Assembly (NCBI GenBank): GCA_051294905.1
Contig: CM119371.1
Coordinates: forward strand, 36,892,001 to 36,956,000
DNA length: 64,000 bases
Direction of reading: 5' to 3'
From: Botryllus schlosseri
Lineage: Eukaryota
The position numbers and the translations under genes are program-made. The notes beneath the pieces are model-generated. The model saw only the letters and a list, made by a program, of their open reading frames with translations, was not told where the DNA came from and ran no database searches. Positions within the stretch are counted from its first letter, which is position 1. Every line of letters starts with the position of its first letter. Below are positions 1-12,738 of the stretch, in pieces.

Positions 1-576
1 TCTGTGGACCCAGTTCTACCCTTACAAGTCAAGGAAAGGCTGGTAATTTGTGTGTTCGCTTCTACTATCCTTTCCTCGCGTTTGTATTTGCAGCGCAACG
101 TTTCTCTGCGACGCGATGCACTTCGAAATACAAGCTCATTTCCCATTGCCGCGACGGGAACGCCGCGCAGCCACTCATTTGCTCCTGAGCTACACTCTTG
201 TTTCGCCATACAGCATTGTTGCGTCACTATGCCACTCTCCATAACAATGAAAAATGCGAGGCTGATTGTGGGGGTTCCAGGGCCATGAGCGAAACAAAAT
301 TTATATTTTGGTAATCAGTACATCGGCAGCTTTCGATTGACACCCGTTTTATCAAATTTGATGCTCGACAAACCGATCAAAATTATCGTCAAATTGCCTT
401 TAGCCAAATGGAAAATGTGACGAAGACCAATTTCACTGAGCCGTGAGATTTGCTCGTGTCCAAACAATATAGGACACTATAGTTTCACCATTTTGCTAGA
501 GAGGTTTAACCTGGTTTTAAATTGATGCATTCTATCGCGTATTTTAACAATATGCGCATCGTAGGTGGCACAACAG

Positions 577-1014
577 TAGGCTTACCATACGTCCTCTTTT
601 AAGAGGATTTGTCCTCTTTTTCGACTTTTTTGAAAGTGTCCTCGGAGGACGCCCTTTTGTCCTCTTTTTTGAGATTTTGTCCTCTTTTTTGAAAATTTAG
701 GTCAGATTTAGAGCAAATTGCGAGTGATATGCCGAAAATTAGCACAGAAGTGACGGTCCGGCGGATATTTCGGTGTGAATTTAGCACTGAGCGAGAAGAT
801 GACCTTTTTTTTTTTTAGTCATCCACCTAGCAATGTGGAGAAACAAACGGTATTTTGAGCTCTGAGCGGAAGTGATGACCTTTTTTTTTCTCTAGTCAAC
901 CGATCACAAAGTGGGAAAAATTCACCGGTTTTTGAGAATTCTACTCCGGTTTTGCATCTTGCAAATTTCTGAAAAAGTGTCCTCTTTTTACATTTTCAAA
1001 ATATGGTAAGCCTA
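577..1014. mobile_element. hAT-type MITE
   Basis: 13-bp TIR TAGGCTTACCATA...TATGGTAAGCCTA; perfect 8-bp TSD CACAACAG (569-576, 1015-1022); internal GTCCTCTTTT repeats. A related partial copy ends at 7940. Confidence 0.9.
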
Positions 1015-1252
1015 CACAACAGGGTTAGGGATTTGCAATTGAATTCTAGAATCGAGTTCGTATAAACCTACGTTTCACCCGCAACAACGGTACGTGATCA
1101 TCAATCAATGATTATTCATTGTGTTCAACGAGGAACCTGGTAATTAATCACGCTAGCGCAGGTCACAATCATTTGCGGGCAAACAATGGTGAATGCGGCT
1201 CTTCCATTTGTATTGTGAAGGCTAGCAATACCTAAAGAGTTTGGCCAAGAAT

Positions 1253-1430
1253 ATGTCGTCGGGCGATAGTTGCAAGAAAAGAAAGTATGAACAGGAAGAT
1301 AGAACAGAAACTTATTGAAACGTCATTATGAAACAAAACTCCCAAACTTTGCCGCGAGTTACCCAACGAAGGCGGATTTACGGAGCAATACGATTACCGA
1401 GGCGAAATCTTCCTTAAAAGCACTTGAAGG
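1253..1430 (+). pseudogene. Decayed N-terminus of a Charlie/SPIN (GTF2IRD2-like) hAT transposase
   Basis: Reads MSSGDSCKKRKYEQEDR, then after a frameshift NLLKRHYETKLPNFAASYP..R. This matches the KKRK..E.R and NLKRHYETKH BED-finger motifs. Confidence 0.65.
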
Positions 1431-1934
1431 AATTGCTCGGCACTGCTTTGACGTCATATCAGCCTGATTTCAAACACATTGCAGTCCAGCAGTGTACCTC
1501 TCTGCGTGTTCAAGTGTAACGACTGAGTTTCTCATCTATCCATAGGTTGGTAATCTATAGATCAGGTGTTAGCAAACTGCGGCTCTTTCGGCCTCTGGTT
1601 GCGGCTCTTTAATGATTGCACATTAGCGCTCGCTACCTCAAAGTCACGATACCGCGCGTCCGGCTATTTAGCTCAATCTAACTTGGAAGTTAATATTAAA
1701 ACAGCTTTTTAGACTACCACCAAAATCTGAGTTTTTGTGGCATCTCGCGACCCGTGCTTCACCGTGAAAAAGAATTCATTATCAATATTACAGTAGTGTG
1801 CCACGATTTTACGGACATGTATGACATACAGAACGCGCACACCGCAATTCCACCCAGCACAGCTCTATAAAACATGTCTGACGCACGCGATTTCAAATTA
1901 GGATGAATTAAATTTCTTTGCGTCTCGCATTTGT

Positions 1935-3900
1935 TAGTGCGGAGTGAATCGACAAATTCTCTGGTCCGACTCCGATCCGGTTTTCCAATTCTCTGGTCCG
2001 GCTCCGGCCGTATCAGGAAAAAGTACTGATCCGGCTCCGGCCGGAAATCCGGCCGATCACAGAATTGTGGTTCAGAGATGAGCATTGGATTGGACTTGGA
2101 TTGGACAGGATCAGGATTATGGGTTATTTTCGTTAGGTCCGGATAGGACCGGATCGTGATTTTGAAAAAAAAGTTGGGACCCGGATCGGACCGGATTGTG
2201 ATTTTGAAAAATAAGGTTGGACTTGGACTTTGAGCATGCCAAAATCCGGACTCGGGCACGCTGATTTCGCAACCAGAAGTGCGGGGTTATTTTTATATAG
2301 CTCAGTGTTTATATGGCTCAGTGCGGGCGGATGGAGAGAAGAATTGTATCCAGTGTTGCCAATTGACGTTGATTCAAGTTGTCAAAGTTGATCGTTAATG
2401 TCCGGCGCGGTAGTAGTTGCTCACCTATATATTGTGATTTGGCTGGTTCTTTCGTCTAAAATATTTTATGTGCTCACGGAACAAACTACTATGGCGAATT
2501 TGTTGTGTATTGACCCTGGAAAGTGAATATATTAGTTGTTTGTCTGGTATGGGTAGTAGGTACATTAGGATAGGATAGCTATAACTTCTTTTTTGAAATT
2601 CACTGGCTAAAGATGCTACAGGTTGAATTCCAACCGGTGTAGGTGAATTCATTGAAGTGGAAAATTTTGGGTTAGAAAAATAGTGTTGAATAGTATGTTC
2701 ATATTGGAATGAACCCGGATATTTTCGGCTGTCATATTTTGTGATACGATTCTTGATATACAATTTTTCAATTCTCTATTAGTTGCTGACGATTACCGTA
2801 CCCCTGACGAGTCTCTTTCGAAAATATTCGGGTTCATTTCAATATGAATATACTATCCAATTGTATATTCAAGTTCTGTACCTCCAAGAAGCTCTTCGAA
2901 GTAGTGTTGCATCTCTAAAATTATTGATGAAAGAATATCCCACAGTAAATACCATGTTGGTTGGAATTGAGTCAAATTTGTTATGCACCATTTTCTTACA
3001 AAACTTCATAGGGAAGGGCAGCCAGTATAATTCGAAAAAGTGTGTATACTTTTTATTATATTGAAAATTCTCCAGTTGTAATAACTTCGCTTCTACAGGC
3101 TGGAATTGAATCGAGCTTGATGTGGAGCGTTTGTTCAAACCGACCTAACAATTTTATCAACTAGCCAGTCAAATTTATAAAAAAAACTATTTTTATCAAC
3201 CCTGATGCCATTGTACGTATATGCACATTGCTCATGATGTGATGGTCAAGGTATTGATAGCCATCTTGCTAGTCTAGATATTTACATTCTTGTTGCTAAA
3301 ATGTAAAATTAAAGTTGCTGTGTCATGTGTAGGCCCACTGCAGCTCGGGTGAAGGCAAACATTGGAAATATACATCTTTTCACAGACCAGAGTTATATTT
3401 CAGAGAGCCTAATTATTCTCTATAACATGTTCTTCTGTTTTTTAGTTATAGATTGGGACTTTAGATTTTGAAAATATTTTTGGATCAGGATGGAGTTGGA
3501 CTGTAAATTTTGAAAATAATTTTGGATCAGGATGGAGTAGGACTGAGTTGAAAATTTTCTGGACCGGACTTGGACTGTGAATTTTGAAAATATTTTTGGA
3601 TCAGGATGGAGTAGGACTGAGTTGAAAATTTTCAGGATTGGACTTGGACCGAAAAATATCACAGTCCGCTCATCACTGTTGTGGTTCCGTGAATTTCTAA
3701 ATATGACTCGTTTATTTTCGCACTGGCTTGGCGGTTACTTGTGTGTGGTGGGTTGGTAGTTATTTAGTTACAAACGTCATGCTTATCCATAAAGATTCTG
3801 GCCTTACCAAAAAGTACTGATCCGGCTCCGATCCGGTCCGACCAAAATTGAAAACATCCGGCCGGATATCCAATCCGGCTCCGGTACATGCTCCGCACCA
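1935..3900. mobile_element. hAT MITE (host of nested element 2073-3678)
   Basis: TIR TAGTGCGGAG...CTCCGCACCA; perfect TSD GCATTTGT (1927-1934, 3901-3908); subterminal TCCGG repeats. Confidence 0.88.
2073..3678. mobile_element. Nested non-autonomous hAT element
   Basis: TIR CAGAGATGAGC...GCTCATCACTG; perfect TSD TTGTGGTT (2065-2072, 3679-3686); tandem subterminal TTGGATCAGGATGGAGT repeats at about 3460-3660. Confidence 0.9.
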
Positions 3901-4998
3901 GCATTTGTACTACTGTCTAATCCAGGGGGCCAAATGAGAAGAATGATATATGTTGGCGGGCCGAGTCAGAAACTTTAGCTGTATTCTCCAACGTATTGAT
4001 TTTATGTCTTAAGTGAAAGCTGTTACACTAAATGGTGCTCAGTAGATGTGTTGATATTGGGGAATGAGAAATCAACGGTAATTATTTAAAATCTACTTAG
4101 TTAATTTGATCATCAGTTGCAATTGCAGTGCCTTCTCGGAGTCCCGCGTTGGTCTAAACTTCATATGTCTTGGTCCGTCGTGGCGCGGTAATGGCAGACA
4201 CCGAAATGCCCAATTCTATTAACCATTCATCTCGAAATCGCGCGTAGCGTGAGAAAAATTTGAAAGAAGTTGTATAAATTTTCAAAACAAAATACACTAT
4301 AATTTATATTCATTCACGAAATAATTTTGGCCCCCTCGAGCTCGTCCCCAATTGGGGGTTGGGGGTGCGGTATTTACGGTCCTGGGGATACTGTAAAGCT
4401 TATTGTCTTGGTCTCTGGCTTCTGAGCAGTATGTATCTTGGTGATTGGTGAAATGGCCTTGTAATTGCGTCAGGCTTGCAGTTGTTCAGAAATTCGCCGT
4501 CCATTGACCGAGTGTATTTCTCCGTGTTTTTGTCATAGAACCGACTTGAGTTATACTCATTCAACATGGCGACGTGCTCGGCACTAACTACAAAAAAGAC
4601 GGATTTACCCCCGACTCCAGTAAACGAATATTTGGTGCTCCGAACCGATTTTGAATTTCAACTTTCGGTTTTCTTTTTTTTTTGACATCCTTTATGGGTG
4701 ATGATGACTCATAGAAAACACGGGCATTGATTGACTTGCTTTACGAAATAGGGATTTAGACACGCATCACGCAACGATTTGAAACACAGACCGAGTAATG
4801 CGTGATGTTGCAATGGCAAAAAAGAAGGTTTGGTGACTTCTTGTGATTTTGATTGTAACGGAATAATTTGCTACATTGACTTTACTTTTAATCTGGATTA
4901 CGTATGTGTGATACGTATATAGGCTGCGTAATCGCGGCATGTTAATGAACACTGAACACTGTGAACAGGCTTGATAGTAAATGAATTTCCGGCTAAGT

Positions 4999-7082
4999 CA
5001 GGGGTGGGCAATTATTTTCCTCCGCCGGCCAAATGAGAAAAATAAATACGTTGGCGGGTCAAGTGAAAAAAATTTGCTATATTCTCCAGCGTATTTTAAT
5101 TTTATTTTCAAATTACAATGTTAATAATTGCCGCTCAGTGAATGTGTTGATATTAGATGATGAGAAAGTGGCGGTTAAGTAAAAAATATATATATTATCT
5201 GACATGATTCGAAACAAACAAAACATGATACATTTTAGCTCTCTTTTAACCCCTATCCACTTTCTTCTAGACCAGGGGTGGCCAACCTTTTTGTTAGTCA
5301 CGGCCGCATTTCAATTTCTCGTGTAGCCTACGGCCGCACTCCAGGGGACAGTAGTAATGAACTAATTGGACGCCAAATAACCATGTTATACTGTCTATGT
5401 CCATTTCCGGCGAACTCGGGATGAATCCATTTATTGATACCGGCTTACTATACGCACCGAAATGATTAGTTGTCAAGTACAAAGCATCGGGGAACCGTCA
5501 GTGCCGCGCGAAGCACGAAAATTGTTTCAGATTCACGAATGAATTTCGTCATTAATGTTAGTAGTTTCACATATTACTATCACACATTTATCCTTTCGCA
5601 GCCCAGGTGATCAGATTTATCGGTAGAGTTGATGGAAGGGGTGCTTTCGAAAATATATGCCAAGTTATAAATAATGATGAAACGACATTGGAATCGCGCA
5701 ATCGGATCAGAAACAAATTTCTTTCGTGAGGAGCACACGATTCCAAGTTTATATTTATATATGGACTGCATAATTTTCCTCTGCTGTTCACATAGCATTG
5801 TGGGGCTCAGATTGCAAATGGCGTTACTATACTAAAATCGAAAAATGAAGTAGTATTGTGTCGCGCGCAGTGCGAAGAAAATTTCAAGATTAATTAAAAC
5901 CTCTCCAAAATTCGGTAGTCTATTCGTAAATTCAATTTGCATGGCGACGGCCGCCAACACATACTAATTGAATTACGTGACGACGGCCGCACAATTTCCC
6001 TTCTACGGCCGCCGGTTAGCCACCCCTGTCTCTTCATGATAGTGAACAATTTCGCGCCCACTTATCATGATATCACAAAATAATAAAAAATTCAACCAGA
6101 ATGCCAGCAATATCAACGGATAGTTTAATGGCATGAAAGATTATGACTGGTGATGGGAGAGTTGTGAGCTATCAAAGTCGGACAATACACAGAGCAACAA
6201 CTACAAGCTGGTGGGTATATCGCGCGGAGCTCGAAAACTTTTTCTATAAACTTCGGCTTTGTGCCACCCTTCTGATGCTTTCACGTCTCCCAGTTCGAGA
6301 ACCACTGTACTGAAATGTATATGCAATAGTATACAAGGCTTATTTTCCTGGTCGCTGCCTTCTGAGCAGTGTGCAGGTTAAATAGCCTTTATGCTGAGCG
6401 AAGCATGCAATCCTTCTGAACTTCGCCCTCCCTGGACTGAGTGTTTCGTGCTTTTGTCATAAGACCGACTTTAATTAAAATCCTTAATCTCGGCGACATG
6501 ATCGACAAAAACTGAAAGGATGGGTTTACCCCTGACTCGAGTATGCGAATATTTCGTGTTCTTAATTCTAAACCTAGACCTTCTTTGAATTTCCGTTTAC
6601 GGCTTTCTTTTTTCGGCATGCGCGTTAACCCTTTATGGGTGATAGATATGATGAGTCGTATAGTAATCGCGAGCTCTGATCGACTTGTTTTACGAATTAC
6701 GGATTTCGAAACATTTCACGTCACAAATTGAAACACATGCCGTATAATGCGTAATGTGACAATGTCAACAAGAAAGGTTGGAACTAAACTATATATGGAA
6801 AGAGTGATTTCTTGTGACTTCAATTGATACTCATACTTTGCCACATTGCATTTATTTGGTATCTGGATTACGCATGCCAGGTACGTAGGCAGCATAATCG
6901 TGCCATATTAATGAGCAGGCTTCAAAGTAAACGAATTTCCTGTTCCTTTGATATAGCCTATAGCTTTTTAGTCATTCTAAAAACAAGTTTTATGTTTTGA
7001 ATTCCAAGCATCCTTTCGCGGGTTGCACAGAATAGCTTCGCGGGCCACATTTGACCCTCGGGCCGCACTTTGCCCAGATCAG
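4999..7082 (-). mobile_element. Family A inner copy, inserted into the family A outer copy
   Basis: Starts CAGGGGTGGGCAA and has a degenerate right TIR; TSD GGCTAAGT/GACTAAGT; colinear with the outer copy. Remnant TKYSHTRVRGKPILSVFVDHVAEIKDFN*SRSYDK on the minus strand at about 6450-6560. Confidence 0.75.
5273..6028 (+). mobile_element. Charlie-type hAT MITE, family B
   Basis: CAGGGGTGGCCAACC...GGTTAGCCACCCCTG TIRs; homologous to 12739-14053, 38888-40138 and 63705-64000; TSD not intact. Confidence 0.8.
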
Positions 7083-8949
7083 GACTAAGTCTATGCATCC
7101 TTATGGTTTTAGTCCACGCAGCAACATAAAAAAGAAGATTTTATATTTGGAATTTCAAGCAACATTCCGCGGGTCGCACAGAATAGCTCTGCGGGCCGCA
7201 CTTTGCCTAGGCCTGGTCTAATCAGATTGCAGGAATGGGACTATTCGGTGCCGACAGCCAACAATGGAGCATATCCATATCGAAAGGCTTGGCCATCCAG
7301 CGACGGTCATTTTTGGACAAGGTTTTGTCACCGCTGATTTTTGGCACCATATTTTATCAGCGGTATGTTGGCTAAAACTTTATGTCTTCATGTGCCCCGA
7401 TGCAGAAGAAGTTGGCCTAGAAATGAACTCGGTCGTTGCACACCGCCGCACTAGTTCATCCGAACGGTCTTCGATTATGTTTTCCAGAAATGCGAGTCGT
7501 TCAAATCTTATCATGTATTCATACCAAAGGTCGGCATGCAGATCCTCATGATCAATCCGTAATTTCTGATGTGAATCGCTTATTAACTATAGTACCCAAC
7601 ACAGTGACCTTGGATATTTAAAATATATCGCAGGATTTTTTGCAATAAATTCAAGAAATATTACATAGGCCTACATATTAACAGATAGCTGTGGCACCAT
7701 GTCGAGTTCGGGAGCCGAGTAAAAAGTTGACCATTTTTTAATTTCTGTTAGTCAACCACCCGGCAGTGTGAAGGAAAATATTGTATTCTAGGCACCCAGC
7801 GAGAAAAAGACCTTTCTTTAGTCAACCGACCACAATGTGGAAAAAAATTACCATTTTTTGTAAATTCTCCTCCGGTTTTGCAAGTTTAGAATTTCTGAAA
7901 AAGTGTCCTCTTTTCAGATTTCCAAAATATGGAAATCCTACGTTACAGTAACTTGGAAATGTGACTCTGTAGTGATGGTATTTACTACTATCCTCGTGCC
8001 TCTCTCTAAGTGAACAGTTATTACGAGAATTATGATGATTGTACAGCGAAAGGAAGTATAGACAGTCAATACACTACGACTTGTGAGAGACCAAGTTATT
8101 TTCAAAGCCACGATTAATGGTGCGTCGTGAGTTAAACAAGTTTTTACAATTGCGTCGCAACTACAAAAGTTCCACTGCCCTTGAATTTCCTTTTAGGATT
8201 ATTTGAATTATTCCACGTGAGAAAAATTAACAATTATATAGGATTTTCATCCGCAGTTTTCCGGGTTTTCATTCGCACCATTCGTAGCGCCTTCATCAAT
8301 CGCACTGCACATTTTTTCATTCGCGCATGTGCGTATACCATACCAGGTTGTAAAGCACTAGTCTATACGATTGTTGTCGTGTTGAGAAACTGCAACAGTG
8401 ATGAAAAAGTGTTCACAGCTAGGTAGTATCGTCGATGTGACCTTTAATAACTCTTTCGAGATTAGATTTCTGTCTCATCTTGCATCTTCTTACAATTCCA
8501 AGCGGTTTCACGAGACTTTTATGCTTAATGTAGTGATTGAGCTCACCCAGCTTTCATTCTGTTCACATTTTAACCACCGGAAATTCTCGTGCTATTTTGC
8601 CTTCGCAACATATTTTGCTGAGCAGACCTTTCATACTCGAAAAAGAAAGAATCTCACATATATTGGTGCACTTCTTATTAGTCGGTCAAGCGGCGACCCA
8701 GTTAATTGGATATAGAGTACTCCCGTTCAAACGAATCGAATAGAATCAGAATTTGTACTGCTGAAAAGCTGATGTAATTAAACGCCCTTCACTGCACAAG
8801 TGCACATGTAGCATTTCACGATCAACGTTTGCAAAGTCCTGTTGAGTAACTATTATTCACAGCAATGAATTGCAATTTGCAGGCATACACAATACCACAC
8901 TTCGAGGTTCAATTAAAAAGACTATGACGAAAATACCTAACGAATTATT

Positions 8950-9910
8950 TTGAATACGGGAATGCCACGCTTATGGGTGCAAATACAATATTATTTAGAG
9001 AAGAGGAACGTGAACTTGCTCGTCCGTTGGAGAGAGGAGATAGTGTTTCTCACTCGGGCCGAAATCGACGTTTCAACCGAGATTGTGTCGCTTCGTCTGA
9101 TTACGAATTACTGATTACAAATTAGTGATGAACATTTGTACATCTAAAATGGTCGTCAGTTTGGTCAGATGAGCATCAGTGCATTCTGCGAAAGGCATAG
9201 CGATCTTTTTTCGAACCACATGTGGATTGTTTTATGAGCGGCACATATTTTCTGTGTGCACAGACCGTGTCTGCACTGCGCAAGCAGGCACGCGCGCAGC
9301 TTAGAGAGAACAGTGTAATTCTGTTTCCTTTGTCCCGCAGCAGGTCAAGAATCCACCACTAGCGCAAGAAATACCGACCAGAATAAACCAGTTTTAACGT
9401 TGTCCAATGAAGTAATTAATGAACAATGAACATTTTGTACCCAGGCATAGAATTGTCTTTCCACCACATTGCAGCAAACTAGGGTTAACGACGCAGATCG
9501 TCAAAGCACGGGGCTCTCCAATGAGAAGCTTAAAGCTGGTATCTTGGATGGACCTCCGATTCTAATGCGAAGGAAAGATTCTAATTTCATATTAAGAAAT
9601 GAGTTTACTGCATGTAATTCCTTCATTGACATATAGTAACAAATCTTTTTGAAGATTCACAAAGCACCCATACAAACAGTTGGTGCATAAATTTTTATAG
9701 GCATATGGAAACTCTGGAGCAAACATAAGCATTAAAGTTAACTTGCTGTTCAAAGATCTTGATATATTTCCGGGTCATTTTGATTTGGACCTTAGTGATT
9801 GAAGTGAGCAAGGGATAAGGTTCCGCCAAGATGTGAAAATTACAAAAGAAAGATATAAGGGAAGACGAAATGGCACTCTACTGCCCTAACCTTTCGAGAG
9901 ACTGCCTTAA
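8950..9910 (+). pseudogene. Decayed CMC/Chapaev-3-like transposase
   Basis: Fragments RIVFPPHCSKLGLTTQIVKA, GLSNEKLKAGILDGP, GANISIKVNLLFKDLDIFP and SEQGIRFRQDVKITKERYKGR match the recalled family motifs PPLHIKLGLMKQFVKA, KLKAGIFDGPQ and SDEQGERFHQDI. Many stops and frameshifts; 5' boundary uncertain. Confidence 0.75.
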
Positions 9911-11071
9911 ATTGGTTGAAAATGCAAATCGTCTAGGAAGCAATTGTATTTTAAGACTAAAATAATATTATTGTATTTCAAGTGATTATTTCGCATTTAC
10001 AATAGGTGCTATATATGACATAAAACTGATTGAATTAATGCAACGCTCTTTCTGTATTTTCAGTAAATACTTGTTTCTAGATATACAAGCCGGAGAGCAG
10101 TGTTATATAGTATTGTATGTCGATTTATTGAACTTGGAATTTTTTTCACTACGTGTCTTAATCTTAAAATGAGTAAAAATAATATCTTAACTATGATGTT
10201 TCGACCAACATGAGAATCCACGTGGTGTGCTTCACCTCTACCTGTAAATCTGATCATCTGGGCTGAAAGAGGTTAGAATATATGTGCAACTAGGATTAAA
10301 TGAGAAATTTTTCACGCTTAGCGTGACTAGACGCCACACACACAACTGCCATCACATAACAGTGACCTCTGGCTTTAGAGTAGCTGTCCAAAGTGGCATA
10401 AGAGCGGGGGGAGGATGGATCACATGCGTTTAGTTGACCACCCTATAGGGGTCCAAATGACGACGTTGTGAGATGTTGACAAAGTGTGGTTTTGTTCCTG
10501 GATGGAAACCGCGAACCGTGAGTGTGTGATTTTGGAGATCGATGAACCTGTTTGAGCCATGTTACTTTCCATGATTGATATGAAATGACATAGGTGCAGA
10601 CGACGTTTTGAGTATCCTACTCTTTACTCGGTACTACGTACTGAGCTCAACTCGACAATTTTAGAAGGGCAACATATAATTACGGGGGCAAAGGACAATA
10701 CCCTATCCCCCTCCCATTATTAAATCCGTATTTCATATTCCCCGTAATAATAAAGACGACGCGTATACTACAATTTATCGCAATCAATGGATCTTTCAAC
10801 CCATCTATTGTTATTTCATCCCGAATTATCTGCAGCCGGATGTCTCGATTATCCATTTGATAGTCGTTTTATAGTAGACCAGGGATATCTAGATATCCCT
10901 GAGTAGGCCTACGGAGTTTAAACTTCTATCAGCCAATTCAAGAATATCAGCGATTCGGTTTAGGCCAATGAAAGAGTTGGTTGCCAGGGTTCATGTGCAA
11001 AGGTAATTAAATGTAAACTGAAAACGTCTATGATAAGATCCCTTGTGTAGACGCACAGAAAAGGATCTAAC

Positions 11072-12122
11072 ATGCTGGATGTAGATGAATTGATACAGCG
11101 GTTGGAGTCAAACGGTACGAATGTCGTCTTCACGAACTTCGGTTTTATAGAACAAGTTTGCACTGTGGTCGCGTTTGCATCGTTGAATGTTGCTGGATTC
11201 GTTAGCAATGCCGTGATGATAGTCATCATGTTGAGAATGAAGCAAACCGTGTTTGTTACTATTACTCTCGGACTGAGTTTTACCGATCTGATATCATCAT
11301 GCATTAGCCCGTTCATGATCTACCTTCTGCTTCGCGCGGCGCACTTCGCATTGCCCTCCTTCATGTGCAATCTGATTGCTACTGTCGATATCTCAGCAAC
11401 GATGGTAACGGTGCATCACGTTTTGCTGTTGAGTATCATTCGGTATCGCGGGATCGTGCACGCTTTTAATGCGCAACGGGAAGTTTCCCTGTATGTTGCT
11501 TGCTGGTTCCTGGATATTGTCGTTTACGCTGTTGGTATTTCCGCATTACCTTCAAATGACGGTCAAGCCGTGGAGAAACGGGAATATGTGCAGCATCGAT
11601 CTCAAGACAGCTATGTGGATAAAGGTGCTGTCGGGGTTGTCATTTTCATTGGGGATTTTCGCACCAACCATCATGATCGTCATACTCTGTCTTGCAATAA
11701 TGCGCCACCTTGTCATACGAAGATCCCTGACCACTGTAAGTCAGAGTTCAGTTTCAAAACAGAAAGAAAAGCGAGCTTTGCTACAACTTAAGGTTATCGT
11801 AAACACGTTCTTAATAGGATATTCCATTGACTACACATTGAAAATAATAATCCTCACTCTGCGGGAAAAGTTGGGCAGCCTTATTGTATTAACTCTCCTC
11901 GCACCGAGAGGTATTCTTCGATTCACAGAATGTCTGAACCCAGTTCTGTACTACTACGGCTCCAATGAAATTAGAGACGCTGCAAAACGTCTTCACATGG
12001 ACATGCAAAAGATATTCAAGTGCAAAAGAATCTCACCGACGAATGAGAGGACTGATGCCGGCACTGTGGAAACTGGTCCTCCAACTGGGACTGGGACAGC
12101 AAAAATCGCATGGGAGGAATAA
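11072..12122 (+). CDS. Intronless class A (rhodopsin-like) GPCR with one frameshift near 11468 (pseudogene or assembly error)
   Basis: ORF 11072 gives TM1 (GFVSN), TM2 (LSFTDL) and TM3 (C...SIIRY). Overlapping ORF 11469 gives TM4 (W), the ECL2 Cys, TM5 (P), TM6 and TM7 (CLNPVLY). Removing 1 nt near 11464-11469 gives about 349 aa. Confidence 0.85.
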
Positions 12123-12463
12123 ATTAGCGATTTGTGACAAAACAATATATTGAATTGTAACCAACTTGTCCCTATCCCTCCGTCTCTCTCACTCTCAAAA
12201 TTGGTATAGAACCACGCTTCCCGATTCGGAAAAGCGGGGTGCTGCAATATATAATAACTAGTTCAAAACATTTTGTCGGGAAAATTCCTATCTATTGTGA
12301 TCGAACCGTGGTAAGGAAGATTTTTCTATCCAAAAGTACGCGCATGAAGCGTAAAAAACACATTTTAGATCAGGGGTCACCAACACGCGACTTGATTTGA
12401 AATTTCGAAAGAACGCTTAGTAAAGCATTTTGAATTGCTGAAATTGACTTCAATTTGAACATA

Positions 12464-12489
12464 TTGTTGTTGTTGTTGTTGTTGTTGTT
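12464..12489. repeat. (TTG)n microsatellite inside a hAT-derived repeat (starts 12371; related copy at about 21440-21820)
   Basis: Direct sequence; the related copy has only TTGTTATTGTTG here. Confidence 0.85.
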
Positions 12490-12738
12490 CGATGTAAGCT
12501 CCTGTGCCCAATATTACTATTCCTCACTACCTGATTCGGCGATGGTAATATCATTCCATGGATGAAGAATTTGTTGATATGAATGGAATGGGCATATTGC
12601 CCTGACGTGAAGCGGCCCGAGATTGGCAAGACCGAGACGCATTAAAAAACGACTTTGGGCTCCCCAAAATATCAAGCTCTACGATAAGATGGTTTTCCAG
12701 CATGTGTCTAGCTAACCCCAATATCGTTTATTGTAGTC

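Larger units (their letters stand above)
3923..7215 (-). mobile_element. Charlie/Buster-type non-autonomous hAT (family A, outer copy)
   Basis: CAGGGG...TTGCCTAGGCCTG ends; perfect TSD GTCTAATC (3915-3922, 7216-7223). Minus-strand remnant KYSFTGVGGKSVFFVVSAEHVAMLNEYNSSRFYDKNTEKY (about 4515-4635) resembles the SPIN/Charlie BED finger. Confidence 0.82.

Noticed and set aside
1759..2259. 166-aa ORF and many other 60-150 aa ORFs
   Set aside because: They translate MITE subterminal repeats or are antisense to real exons; no recognisable domains.
3460..3660. CRISPR-like repeat-spacer pattern
   Set aside because: Irregular subterminal repeats of a TSD-flanked hAT element in a eukaryotic context; no unique spacers or cas genes.
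6389..6940. Apparent GPCR fragment captured by a hAT element (PTFLVDIVTLRIIRHV, RILESGVNP resembling TM5/TM7 of the GPCR at 11072), also in 4500-4990
   Set aside because: The neighbouring frame in both copies reads as the SPIN/Charlie BED-finger motif (KY.FT.V.GKP....HVA.LKEYN..R.Y..K). This is the simpler explanation inside a hAT element; the GPCR likeness is probably coincidental.
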